Part shown: positions 1 to 12,928 of the stretch, piece by piece
Layout: each line of letters begins with the position of its first letter
Position numbering within the stretch: position 1 is the stretch's first letter
Assembly: GCA_904063045.1 (NCBI GenBank)
Contig: CAJFCJ010000015.1
Coordinates: 434,001 to 498,000 of the forward strand
Direction: 5' to 3'
Source: Dimorphilus gyrociliatus
Taxonomy: Eukaryota > Animalia > Annelida
Length of the DNA: 64,000 bases
Program-made: the position numbers and the translations under genes
Notes under the pieces: generated by a model
Databases searched by the model: none
Told to the model about the DNA's origin: nothing
The model's input: only the letters and a program-made list of their open reading frames with translations

Positions 1-1628
1 TTTACATAGGAAACAGTTGTTTTAATCGCTTTTTTTAAATAAATTAAGCGAATTCTTTTAAAGAAAAAATATGAATTATTCATAAAATAATATTGTTTTA
101 ACAGTTTTTAAAAAATAAAACTTAAGGATCTGAACGAATAAACGATAACAATCTAGTTATTCAAATACTAATAATAATAAAGATAAAAACTTACAAGGAT
201 ATTTAAGAGAGCAAGTTGATAAAAATTTAATAAAATATGGCAAAGTTTTTCCGAAAAAAAACAAGAATATTTTTTCCTATACCGTTGAAAAATCCGCCTG
301 CAACGACTCGCTTTGAGCCTTCGGATTGCGACAATTGCGCCGCCTAGTGTCAAATCGAAACGCTTAATAGAATTAGACGTCGAGTGTAGGAGGGTTGAGT
401 TTTTTAGACGTCGCAATTCGGCCGTTGGCTACCATGGAAAGGTGTCGCAAAAAGGCAGTTAGGTTACTCTCATTCTTCATTATTTTTTTATTTATTTCAC
501 TTTTTTTCAAGAGAAAAATATTCTTTGTTTTCTCACATTTTTTCAAAGAGGACATCTAGAAAGTAGGGCAAGGAATTTTATAGATGGGAAAGGGAGGTTT
601 GGTTGGGTTACAGGTTTATTAGAAGAAAAAGGATAAGGGTGAGAACTCTAAAGCTTAAGGGGGATCATATGCATTGTAAGAGCGAAAAAAATATTTCGAC
701 AATCTGACGAGGAATAAGGAAAATAGATTTTGAGCAGAGGAGAGACCCAGTAACCTATGCCTATAGAACTCTAAGGTCAGGACGCCATCCCTTAAACAAT
801 ATTCTTCGATTTTGTTCTTTTGCCTTTATTTTATGTATATATATTTATATATATTTATATATATACATAAAGGATTACTTCTTAGAATTAATTTCTTTCT
901 TTGTACACTTAGCGTAAACTTTTCAAGTTTAAAGGACTAATGGGAATGAGAAGAGATGAAGGAGAAGGATAGATAGTTAGATAGATAGATAAATAGATAG
1001 ATAGAGAGAAAGAGAGACAGTTTCCTACTTTCCGCCTCTCGTTGATATAGTCGGAGAGCATTCTTTCTATTTCCTTCTTTTGGTTGATTTTAACGGGTTT
1101 TTTTCCCGTTGTACTTTTTTTTCAGCCTAACCTTGGTGAAAAGCAGCAAAGGCTGATCCTGCCGTAGGGTGTTTTTCAAAGTCCAGAAAATATACATATA
1201 TACGTATTACAAATAACCCAATAGCCCCTTACAATTGTTATCTGTTCTTTTCAATCTTTGAAAGATGAGCTCAGAAGGTTGAGGCGGTTAATTAGGTTCT
1301 TCTTTCTTGTAGATTTTACTTCTCCATTGATGATTATGAATATTGAAGGAGGATCAGAAATTTATCTGTTCTATACGCAAGGATGTTAGGGTCCTTGTGA
1401 TTATTATATGCTATACTATTTCGCTTATTTATGTACATATATGACAAATCTTTTATGGGCGTTTTGAGTAGGAGATCGCATCCACCGTTGACACCACGCG
1501 AATGCTTTCTGAGGTTTAGGATCCAGGATCATCATTGTAGCCGTAATGAGTCAATTCGCTGGCAACCATTAATTATGCGTAATTGGTTTGAATTAGACGT
1601 CGAATATGAGGTGCTGTTACTTCCCTTC

Positions 1629-2207
1629 TTAAAGGCCACATTCTCCACCAGCAACACGGACGTCATCGATACCGATATCAGCAAATGCACCTAGGTCCAA
1701 GATTGTCTCAAAGACAATCTTGTAACCGAACCTAGTCAGTTCGCCTGGCACGTCTATGTTCGCTTTTGTCCAGAATGTGCCTTGATTGCCATACGCCGAC
1801 CACTTTGGTGTCGGACCACTATCTTTTGTGTGGGTATACACATTTAACGTTCCTACGTTATAACCAACCATATAATAGAAGAAACTAACACAATGACTGT
1901 CCATCCCAAAATAATAGGGACTAGCAATAAAAGTTTTTTGACCTCTGTATCGACCTCTTTCTGGTGAACTACTTGCAATATGCAGAAAATAGCCTGTCGG
2001 GAGGAACTAATTAGATAGATTAAAGTTGGCTGTATCATGCATTTGTACCTCGCTCACTACCGCAAGTATGGTCTATCAAAGAAAGACCAGATGGCAGCAC
2101 TGCAACGTTTGAACGACCCCACCAGATGTCACTTAGCGAATTTGAATTATTTTCCTCGAAACCGCAAAGAGCATCATCTTCAAAGCCGCAAAACATTGTT
2201 GTATGTG
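1629..2207 (-). CDS. MAM-domain exons (2049-2207, 1629-1993); probably the 3' part of the coiled-coil gene at 3477-4160
   Basis: The spliced read gives FCGFEDDALCGFE...WWGRS...DHTCGSERG/YFLHIAS...CVSFFYYMVGYNVGTLNVY...KWSAYGNQGTFWTKANIDV...YKIVFE...DIGIDDVRVAGGEC, which are classic MAM motifs. The GT-AG intron 1994-2048 (55 bp, phase 1) keeps frame. The stop is at 1629-1631. The 5' end is unresolved. Confidence 0.9.
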
Positions 2208-2724
2208 CTATAAATTGAAAAATATAAAAATTTATGTTTATCATTATGAATTGGCCTATGGATTTGCAATGAAATAAAAAGTTCATGTAACAAAGCAACA
2301 ATTGGACCCTCATTTTTTATCAAATGTCATTTAATTAATGGTTAAGTTGGATAGCGCTATTCTACTAATCACTAACAATATGTTTTACATTAAATATTAT
2401 ATTTTACAATAAATAAAATAAAGACTATTTAAAGGTTTTGTATCCTTAATGGAAAAAGTAAACATAAACTACTCAGAAACGATCAGATAACCACTTTTTC
2501 TCTCAACCTGTCTTTTATTTAAGGTTTCAGGTCTTAATAAAAACGAGAGGTTTTTATAAAACATATTAAAATCAAATGGTAAAGCTTTGTTTTAATTATA
2601 TATGAATAAAGTGTTGATTTATCAGCAATCATAAGCAGTTGAAAACAGGAGCTTTAAACTTAGACTTATTGTCTTTCATTGAGTTGTTCCTTGGATCTGT
2701 CCATCGGCGTGTCTGCACGCGCTT

Positions 2725-2890
2725 GTGTATATATATTTACATATATACATGTGTGTATGTATATATACATATATACATGTGTGTATGTATATATACATAT
2801 ATATATTTCTCACTCACTCTCTCTCTCACACACACACACACACACATACATACACAAAGGTGTACATACAGATATATATATACATAATAC
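2725..2890. repeat. Compound (TA)/(TG)/(CT)/(CA) microsatellite with a ~28-bp tandem duplication
   Basis: ACATATATACATGTGTGTATGTATATAT occurs twice, followed by CT and CA runs. Confidence 0.9.
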
Positions 2891-3054
2891 ATACAAGAAC
2901 ACTTTTCTCTCTTTTTTCTATCAGACTTTTCTCTTTTTTTACCCTTTTTCTCTAATTGTCTCTAAAGAGCTTTATTATAATTATTGTTAGTATGCATACA
3001 CGTGTAAAAGAGACATGGAAGCAGTATATATTCTGTCACCCTTAACTCTCTATA

Positions 3055-3140
3055 TGTAATATATATAAATATATATATATATAAATAGATATATATATAT
3101 ATATATACACCTATCTAAATATACAGAATATATATATTGT
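3055..3140. repeat. Interrupted (TA)n tract
   Basis: Read directly from the sequence. Confidence 0.85.
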
Positions 3141-3476
3141 ATAAAACAGTTGGATTATATAAATAGAGCAGATATCTTTGAATAATTCCGGAGGGTTTTT
3201 GTTGAAGTTTCGAATAGAAAAAATAAGTAAAGATTTTCTATGAAAAATTTTTTTGTTATCTTTGAAAATAGGAACCTTTTATGTGCTGTATGGTCGTTAT
3301 TTTTACTATTTTAACTCAGCCTATTCGCATTTTTTATCTATCTTCCCTTGAATAAACAAAAAAATAGTTATCTCTAACTATTTCGCTCTTTCTTTACATA
3401 TTTTCCTTTTTACTTGGCATAGTCTTAACACATTGTGCAGAAAGGTAAAATTCTAATCATTCCCCTCCTGCTACAA

Positions 3477-4160
3477 CTATTTGGTAATGCCATCTATCGG
3501 CATAAATTTACCACCAGGGTTAGAAAACTTACAATTTCTACAGCGATTCAAAGTTGGAAGAACTACTGCAAGTTGTTTTCGAAGTATTTTGGCAAGTCTC
3601 ATCCATTTTCTAACTTCTTGCTTCAGAACTTTGTTCTGTCTAGCAACTGCTCTAAAATCATCTGTACAGTTTTCGAACTCATCTTCTAAATAGCTGTGAT
3701 TCCTTTTTAATTCCTCGTTGAAATCCATAGATGTCTGAAGAAGTGTTCTGGCTGCCTTTAATTTCTCTTCTTGCTCTCGAAGTTGCTTCTTTTGTTCATC
3801 ATTCTTTTCCATAAGTTTTTCTATCAAACTCTCTAACTTTTCGATCTTTTCATTTTGCTTTTCACTTTTCCTTCTTTCTTCTTCATAGAGTCTCTTGAGT
3901 TTTTCTTTTGAGCTTTGACAATCATCCAAATCTTTTCTAAACTTATGAAACTTTTCACCCAGCTCATACAACATATCCCGTTCATCTTGCGAAACCTTCT
4001 CTGCCTCTTGCTGCTGTTGTTCGAAACGTGTTCCACAATATCTATTTGCATCTACATCTATTTCAAGTCGACTTCCAACCCGACGAATAGAGCAATCCTC
4101 CTCCCATGAATATGGAAGATAGATAGAAATGATGAGAAGGAAACGCAAGAGAACTTCCAT
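3477..4160 (-). CDS. Secreted coiled-coil protein (227-aa ORF; probably exon 1 of a coiled-coil + MAM gene)
   Basis: It has a signal-peptide-like start (MEVLLRFLLIISIYLPYSWE), ~150 aa of E/K/L/Q-rich heptad-like sequence and a CRNC motif near the end. There is a candidate phase-1 donor G|GTAAAT at 3512/3511. Confidence 0.8.
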   Translation of the reverse strand: MEVLLRFLLIISIYLPYSWEEDCSIRRVGSRLEIDVDANRYCGTRFEQQQQEAEKVSQDERDMLYELGEKFHKFRKDLDDCQSSKEKLKRLYEEERRKSEKQNEKIEKLESLIEKLMEKNDEQKKQLREQEEKLKAARTLLQTSMDFNEELKRNHSYLEDEFENCTDDFRAVARQNKVLKQEVRKWMRLAKILRKQLAVVLPTLNRCRNCKFSNPGGKFMPIDGITK

Positions 4161-5525
4161 TGCCGACGTCCACTTTCAGAGTGCGATTCTGGAAAAGATT
4201 CTCCACATTTGTTAATCATATGTCGAAACATTCCATTTCAAAGTCACTTAGTGCATGTTCCGATTTTCCGAGGTCGGCTGACCGTGTTATATAACTTATT
4301 TTTATAAAAATCAATTGTCTACGGAGTTACCCTTAAGTATTTTACAGTGAGGCTTAGCTTGGAGCATCATTGAACATCAGATGCAAAAAAAACCGGGTTT
4401 TGACGCAGATGAAACTGTTTTTAAAGATGTGATTTAGAGAGTAGAAAGAGAAGATTCGAAAAAAAGCTTTAAAATATCTAGACAGACTTATGAAGATGGA
4501 TAGAAAGGAGACAGGGAGAGGATAATCTATACATTGTGCATTACTTCCTATCAAATGATATTAAAATCATAACTTTCTCCCCGAAATTATCAAACTTAAT
4601 AAGCGTCTTAAATGGTTAATGCATTCAATCAAAAGATTTGTATTCGTTGGTGAAATTTTTAAAATTGTTTATAATGTATTAAACTATTTAGAAAGCAAAT
4701 ACGATAGATGGAGCCATAAGATTCTTTCTCTAGAGTTTAATTTCTTTAATCACGTCTTATTCTCATTATTTATCTTCGTATTTCTCGATCGGACGAATTG
4801 GAAAGGTCCCATAGTTTCGGTTAAAACTGGTGAAAGTTCCAATTCATTCATTATAATAATTGAGAAACGAAATATCAAACAAAGAATAACTGTTAAAATT
4901 GATAAACGACAAAAAAACCGTTTAGAGAATTCCGTAAAGGAATCTTTAACGTGTCCGTCACTTTTATAATAGCATTCCGGATCCTTTATTTCTATGGAAT
5001 TAATCCATTTTTTATTAATAAAAGTCATTTGGATTAGTATCCTATATTTTTATTTATTATTTCTTTATTCTTTGTGTTTTTTTAACAAAAATTGAAAAAA
5101 AAATAACGTCACCATGATTCCAAACAGATTAAGACGGATAGATAATTTATAAGAACAAAATGACCTAAATTGGCTTTATTGAAGAACTTAAATAAGCTTT
5201 TTATTTCATCAGTTTTTTTTATTAGAGGAGATGGAGAACTATAGATATACTGTATAAATTTATATATTTACATTGTTTTTATATATATATATATGCTATT
5301 TATATGTGTAGATTGACAGATAGAGATAGATTGATATCGAGAAAGAAAGGAAGAGAGATTTAGAGCAATAGATACATTGACGAAAAAGAAGACTTGTCTT
5401 ATATATATTTTTATTATTCATTTTTCTCTACCACCTTTTTATTTATCTGTAAAATGTTTATCTTCCTCTCTCTGAGTTGATTATTAAGTATTAAAAAAAA
5501 AAACAATGAACAATGACGAGAAATG

Positions 5526-8500
5526 TCAAATTCTCTTTGCTTTAAGTGATTTAACGAGTGGAGTATTTAATGAATTATCACTATAGTTGATACTTGTGGC
5601 TTCATAAATAGCATCAGCTGACAACCTGGAATTATACATATCTTTCATCCTTGGATTCTCAGAAACTTGTGACGTGGAACTGCAAAAAAGGGGAAGGAAT
5701 GGAAATGATATAAAAAATTTAAAGATGGAGCATCAGCCAATAAGCTAGTTGCTTTTGCTGATTATACTTTGAAGTTAAGACATTATCTGTCTTTTTCAAT
5801 ATGAATGACTTACTTTTCATGCCTCTCATACGCAAAATACCTTTGTTTCCAAGCTCTAATTTGACTTGTCCCATGGGTTTTGAAATAACACACGCTAAGA
5901 ATAATTACTGCTAAAAGTACAGCGCCTCCTAACGTTCCAGCGATGATAACCAAGTGATTGATCTTTGAGGGGAACGTTCCCTTCGAAACTTCATTGCCTA
6001 CAGTACTGACATCTGAAATACATGGATTATGTCAATATTAGTTTAATTTCGGGGGAGGGTAAAGGGGAACAATATTTGTACTAACCAAAATCCTCGCAGA
6101 GTTCTCCGCTAAATCCATGAAAACAGAGACATTCGAAGGAAGCTTCTAAATCTTTACATTTTCCTCCATTTTTGCAAGGATAACTTTCGCATTCGTTGAC
6201 GTTAATTTCACAAAGATTACCTATTTTTGTGTAGAAAAAGGAATTATTTCCTCAATTTTGGATTTCTTTCTTAAAATATAATTCATTTATCTTTCTTTTC
6301 TTCAGCGCCGTCTAACGGATATTAAAAAAGCTTACTTTTCTACCGCTAATTTACCAGCTAAAGGTTAATATTGTAGCCTTTTGTCAATGATTTACCATCA
6401 AAGCTGGTAAAACGTAGCGTATCTTAACTATTATATAGAGGGAGCCACCAAAATGGGAATATCTAATGCATTTTTATTATGGTTTGGAAACGCCGGTCAG
6501 AAAGCGATTAAACGGAAATTGTAGAAAGAAGGCGCGTAGTTTGTTCCCTAGAGAATTTCAAATTTCCTACATTCTTTTCCCTGAAAAAACCATATACAAA
6601 GGAGAGATAATTTCACAACTTTGGTGCAATTAATTAGACAATATTTGTCAACTAAGAAGACAAATCCCTCATCTCCCACCCTTGTTCGATTAATGTTCGC
6701 TTTCCTTACCGTTGAATGTTTGACGCTAAGTTTGTTTTTTATCCCCTAGCATGTATGAAGAAGATTTATAAAAGGAAACCTCTTTTTTAATAAGAACATT
6801 AGTGAACACACCTAATCCTTAAAAACCCTGAAAGCTGAGTTTTCTCTTTATTCTACCCTTTTATAAGGAAAATAAGATAGAAGAGATAAAAAATAATATA
6901 CATTTGGTAAGAAAGAAATAATGCCTTCAACGAAACATAAATCATAGGAAAGCGGAAAGTAAAGAATGCGTCGAATAGGCCTAATTTTTTGTAAAAATTT
7001 CCTCGTCCTCTATGCAGATACGCAGTGAACGCCTGAAATGGCTGGCTGTCAAACATACTTTCGATATTCATTGTTACATTAAGAGTAGAGCGCAGAGCCT
7101 CAAAATGTTTGTTTGCGCATAAGATTGCAAGCTATCCAACTGTTAATCTCCTAAGCTTCAAAAAAAAAAAAAAAAGGATTTAAGATTGATATCCACCTGT
7201 CCATCCATTTTTGCAAATGCATTTAAATTCTTTGCCAAGATCGACGCAATCTTCTTCATTCTTACATGGGGACGGCTTGCATAAATCGACCTTTTTATAT
7301 CAAAAGAAAAAGGAGATGGTGTTACTATTTTTCCCTTCAGTTGAATAAGTAAAGATAATTCGTATTTTATATGAAAAAGTAAACAAACTTTGATTTCGCA
7401 TTTTTCTCCCGTAAATCCGTTTGGACAGAAACATTCGTATCCACTTCCTATCTGCGAACAATGTCCCCCATTCTGGCAGGGCGAACTAACGCATTTTTGT
7501 AAGTTGATTTCGCAATTTCGTCCAGAATATCCTGTTTCGGTCCAAAATAATATTTACTCAATTAATGCAAAAATCGTGTATATAACTGAACCTTTCCAAT
7601 ATAAAAAAAATTTATTGATCTCTACTCTATAATTTTTGTTAAGAGCGTGCCGTTTTAATTAATTCTACCTTAATGCCATTTTCTCTATTCTCTCTTTGCT
7701 AAATTTTCATCAGAGAAATTCCAAGTTTTTCATTTAATTATAATGATAGTTTAATATTTTTCCTTATGTTTTTAATAGAGAAGATTAGAAATATACTTAA
7801 CGAACAGTAATTAATGATCATTTTAATATTGGTAAGTAAATAAAAAGAAAAGGATAATGAGAGCATTTTACCTTGTCCCTTTGATCTAATACATTACTTG
7901 AAAGCGTGTCAGTCCTCATTTAGATGGTAAAATATATGTTATCCCTATTTTTTTACCTTCCTATGTACTCCATACATATATACTATATACAATTTTGTAT
8001 TGATGCTGATAATAAAAGAAAAGTTACCTGGCATACAGTAACATTGGTAAGCATCTGCCTTATCAATGCACAATCCGTTAATGCATGGGTTACTATAGCA
8101 ATCATTCCTGTCAACTTCACAGTGATCTCCTTTAAAAGCTGTAAAGAAAAGAAGAATAAATACGAAATGTTCTATAAAGATTCTATTAAAATATTGATTT
8201 ATTAAAGTAAATTAAAGGTATGCTTCTAAGACATTCACTTATTCGTACCTGGCGGGCAATTGCACTCGAAATATGTCCGATTACCTACACAAGTTGCATT
8301 ATGCAAGCAAGGTTGTTTATCGCACAAGTTGTTCACATGGCTTTCACAGTTCTCACCCGTAAAACCTGTTATGTAAAATAGATAATTTTTGTATTAATAT
8401 CTTATAAGTAGAAAATATGTGCGTAAGGAGAAAAAAGTACTGGATTTGAAAGCATTTTATATGTAAAGAGGAGGAATAATTTCGTTGAGAGAGGATAAAA

Positions 8501-11500
8501 AGAGGAAGGACAAAAATTGAGAGGGAAAGAGGGTCAGAGAAGAAAAAGGGTCAATAATTGATTTAGAAAGAATATTAACTTAACAATTAGTTATTTTATA
8601 GGTTAGGACGACAATTAAGTAACTAAATGAACTTTCTATTTTTAGATCTTTTTTGTTTTTTCACTTATTATCGAGGCTATTATTAGACGCCTCTCTTTAA
8701 AACTAAAAAATAATAGCATAAAGAAAAATGACGATAACATTGAAAGAGAAACAATTTGCATTTACCGACCTAGTTTGCAACTGCAATTATATTTTTTTCC
8801 AGTCGGATCTCCGTAATGATCTAAGCATTTACCATCATTTAAGCACGGCGACGAGACACAAGCATCCTTATCTTCGCAATATTTACCTGTCCATCCAGGA
8901 CAGCATTGACAAGTGTAAGATTTCTGATTGAAAAGAAAGAGCTTAGCATAATTTTATCTTTTATTTAATTATTTGTTAGATGTTTATAAAGTACATATTG
9001 TATACTATGAACTTTTCAATAATAACAAGAAAGTGTCTATACATCCATAACGGGAGAGAAGGTGAAAAAAAGGAAAAAAAGAGAGAATATATATTTAACG
9101 CAAAGAAAAAATTGAATTTTTCTTTTTCACCCTTTAAAAACCGTTTTAACATCGTATTTCTTTAACCTTGTCCATTTGTTTTCTCTTAATCTATACATTT
9201 ACAAATTAATAGGAATCCGGTACAACGGATTTCACTTCAAAGCATCAACGAAAAAGAATACAGCTTAATAAAACAAAGTTTATTTAAGATGAGTAATCAA
9301 TACATAGTACCGATTAAGACGTCTAGAATTGTTCGTAACCTAGTCTTAGGCCTACGTTTATATTAAACCAAATCTGATCTATATCGTGCGAATAAATTAC
9401 TATAAATACCAAAGGTTGTTGCGTATTTTAGAGACGTACATTTCGTTAGAATAATCACAGTTATCCTGTATATATATTTATAGATAGATGGATAGATAGA
9501 TGGATAGAGAGAGAGAGAGAGAGATAGAGAAATATGCAAATATATTTTACATCTACATCTATGTTATGAAAAAAAAGTGATCAATCTGTGACTAAAAGAT
9601 TAACGGTGTTAAAATCGAAATTCTCAATAGCCTTTATGTAAGGAGTAAGAAAACGTCAATTTCCTTTTTTCTTTTCCCTTTTTTTAGACTCTATAGACAG
9701 TTTTTTTATGTTTCGGCGAAGAAAGGGAGAAGAAGAAAAAATCTAAAACTAATTAAATGATGAGCTATCCGCAAATAGTATATTACTATGTTTCTTAATA
9801 AATATTCTACGTTTCCCACGTACAATCCCTGAAGGGGCTTTTAAAGCCTAACTTGTATATATCGGGGGATAAATGATGACGTCATAGGAAATATCTTTTA
9901 AAGCGTATATGTCTACTACAGATTTCGGTTCTCGAGATCTAAATCAAAAAAATAAGATTATATACTAGATTGATTAATCAAGAGTGGATGAGCGAAAAGA
10001 AGAACTGAATACAAGGGGCTTTGGGGCCTTCGTATTCTTTCTCTTACGTTTATTTTCTATCCTCGATTAACGTCGGAAATCAAACGTTTTTGTAACTTTC
10101 TACGCTAGGATAAACTTGGATCAACCTTTTTTTTCTGCAGCATAAATATATACCTATTTATTATTCAAGACTATGACTTAGCAGCGTATAGAGCATTAAT
10201 AAATTAAATTATTAATTATCCTTCAGTTTTACCATAAGAATCGACTTGTTTTTTGTCGACGTCCTCCTTCATTTTTTTTCTTTCTCTCTCTCTCTCTCCC
10301 TCTTTCTTGTTCTACTTTAAAGGAAACGCAAAGATGGTATGCTAGATTATCTGTACCGCTCTATAAGCCTCGAGGGCGAAAGGGGAAGAAAATTCGACAG
10401 CGAAGAAGAAAATTAATTGAGGGGAAAAAAGATAATGGCAAATATAAATAGGAAATTTTAAGGACATTTCTGCATGTTCCATAAAAAAATCGGCGACATA
10501 ACCTCATTTTTTATATACAGACAAATGTATTCTACCTGCGTTCTATGCGTCACACATCGTCCTCGTTTCCAGCAAGCATCTTTCATTTTAGGTTCTTGAC
10601 AATCATTCTTCTTTACAGTTACGTTCAATTTTAGGCCGTATTTACATTTGTATATCAATTCAGGCGTCATTTCCGCTATTGAAAGGGAAACACAATTTTA
10701 TCAACACATATAAAAGAAAGGTAAAGATTGCCAGTTATATTATTCTATTTCGAAATAAACATTAACTTCGCTCGACCTTTTCGTCTAATTAGTTTTGTTT
10801 GACAAATAAAACTAGTTTAACGGGCTTCTGTAATTTTTACATAACCCTTCATAGTTGACAAAAGAATGAAAAGATTTATTTTACATACCCAAAAAGTAAT
10901 TCGAACCATAGTCCATATCTTTAAGTTCGATGTAAACATCCTCAGAGGTCCTTTCTCCAACAAGAGGTTTCCCTCCAGATGTCTGGCATATTTCAAATGA
11001 ATTGTTATCCACTTTAAAATATTGAAATGCTATTGATTCATTTATTTTCCGACTCGGGTAGAATCTAAAAGAATATTTTATTAAATAATGAAATAATAAA
11101 AGACAAAAACAGATATATTTCTCTAATTATTTATCTATTATTCGTACCGTAGACGAACTCCAGGCTGAATTTCCACGGGCATTAGCTGCGGGGATAATGA
11201 CTCTATTTCATTGCCCAGGTGATGACAAGTTGGAAAGGACTCGCAGATATGCTACAAAATACGATGAGAAATATTATAATTAAGTTGTTTTAACTCGCGC
11301 GTTTAGAATATATATAGCATATGCTTATTTAAAATAAGAGGAAGAGAAACGTGTTGTCAAAGCCGTATTTTTTCTCAGCAATGATTATAGTAATAAAAAA
11401 AAAAAACGCTTTCTTACATGTTTTCTATTTTTTTCTTATAGCGCCACATTAACGTCTATTTCATATACTGCACTCAATAATTAAGTTCCTTAAATGTAGT

Positions 11501-12928
11501 TTAGAAACTTGTTAAGTTTAAGTGATAATTAGTCGTATAGAAAATTAAAATATGAAACTAGCCTATTAAAGTGTGCTCCTATAGATTTCTTCCTTTTGTT
11601 GTTTATAATAGTAATTATCGAGCATTTGTTTTTTATGCTTGTCTCTTTTTTTTTAAAAAGAAAACGCCAAGAAGAATCTGTTAGCGCTATTTAATTTTGG
11701 TTGAGCTAATCTTATTTAAAATTAAATTACATTTACCGTAGAGTGTAAGCTTTCTATTTAGATAAGATAAGAAAACAAAGAAGAGACATAGTAATGCAAA
11801 GCTATTTATAATGATTACGAAGCATTACGATATTATTATCCACGGATTAAATCGAGTAATCGCGTGAGTTAAAATGGAGTGTTTCTCTATGGTTATCGGA
11901 CATATAAATGAAAGATTCAGTAATTTTTTAAATCAGAGTATAAGAAATATGATAGAGAACCGGAAGAGGGATCGAGAGAAAGACAAAATGAGAGTGAAAT
12001 AGTGATGTAGTGGAACAGACAAAGAAATACAGAAAGAGACAGGCGAGGAGAAAAAGAAAAAGAGTGAGAGAATGTTATTTTCTTGATTCAACTTTACTTC
12101 TCTTGGGGAAGGCTTATTCTCAACGGCCTAATAGATAAACCTTACAAATCTAATAAAATTAAGGGCATAAAAAAAATATAAAGACTTATAGTCTATAAAT
12201 ATAGGGACTAGAAAACAACATGATATAATAATCCTGAAGCTACGAATGGGTCAGTAGTCGCGTATCTACAATTTTATCTAATAATAAGCTTAGAGATGTT
12301 CGATTTTCTCTCTTCTTATTTCCCATTAGAATTTTCTTTTTAAGCGAACCACCCAATAAACGAGAGAAAATTTTCTAAACTTGTATAGTTATATGTAGAA
12401 TAGTCTCTGGGGAATGACGTCAAAACTAGCTTGATAAATAAGTAGGAAAATGTCAATTTTTTTATGACATAAAAAGTTTTCTTTTTTTTTTGAACACAGT
12501 CTAATAAATAATAAAAAAAACTAGAGAGAAGAGAAAAATCAATGAAAGAGAAAACATTGAATTTTAAACAACACCTGGCTTTAAAAAAAAAATGAATTTT
12601 TTTTTATTTTTTTAATATCAATTATTTAATTTGATAGATTATTTTTTTTTGCTAGTTTATACTATTATGAATATTCTGTTATTGTTGATTAAAATGCTAA
12701 TTTTGATACCTTGCCGTACATCCATTCTACCGAAATAACTTTCTCTGGATTGTCTGTCCATTCAACGTATCCTTTTGGCAATGGTAATTTATTAGGGCAG
12801 GTGACTGAGGGAAAATTTTGACCAGTTTCGTTTAATCCGTAAGATTTGAGTGGAATGAGAACGAGCGAAAAGTAGAAGAAAAACATTCCGCTTTTAACTC
12901 TGATTATTTTCCAACATATCACGTTCAT
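5526..12928 (-). CDS. Type-I membrane EGF-repeat protein with an EYS-type N-terminal domain (Weary/EYS-N-like), ~581 aa, 12 coding exons
   Basis: Exons are 12710-12928, 11148-11251, 10889-11064, 10536-10675, 8770-8923, 8249-8365, 8028-8138, 7389-7531, 7197-7290, 6086-6220, 5814-6012 and 5526-5679. All introns are GT-AG and phase-compatible, and the total of 1746 nt is 582 codons. The protein has a signal peptide, then a domain ending GSNYFL..KCKYGLKLNVTVKKNDCQE (recalled human EYS: GTHYFI..PCPLGLRLNVTVKQQFCQE). Seven EGF repeats follow, then a TM helix LVIIAGTLGGAVLLAVIILSVCYF and a ~70-aa tail. Confidence 0.9.
9877..9884. promoter_or_regulatory. Perfect CRE palindrome TGACGTCA (intron of the EGF gene)
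   Basis: Exact 8-mer; function not shown. Confidence 0.3.
12415..12422. promoter_or_regulatory. Perfect CRE palindrome TGACGTCA (intron after the first coding exon of the EGF gene)
   Basis: Exact 8-mer; function not shown. Confidence 0.3.

Noticed and set aside
372-1603. 14-bp repeat GAATTAGACGTCGA near 370 and 1590
   Set aside because: It is a single short match with no shared flanks, compatible with chance.
2639-2990. Three overlapping plus-strand ORFs (76-103 aa)
   Set aside because: They are translations of TA/CA/CT microsatellite (YIYI, THTH), not coding sequence.
4619-5028. Opposing 116-aa and 92-aa ORFs
   Set aside because: They show no motifs or convincing splice context and have F/I/K bias typical of AT-rich non-coding DNA.
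6853-7071. Hydrophobic ORF in an EGF-gene intron, considered as an alternative TM exon
   Set aside because: No acceptor matches the required phase 1.
7872-7919. MRTDTLSSNVLDQRDK followed by a donor inside the EGF gene
   Set aside because: The phase-0 donor is incompatible with the phase-1 intron and there is no acceptor.
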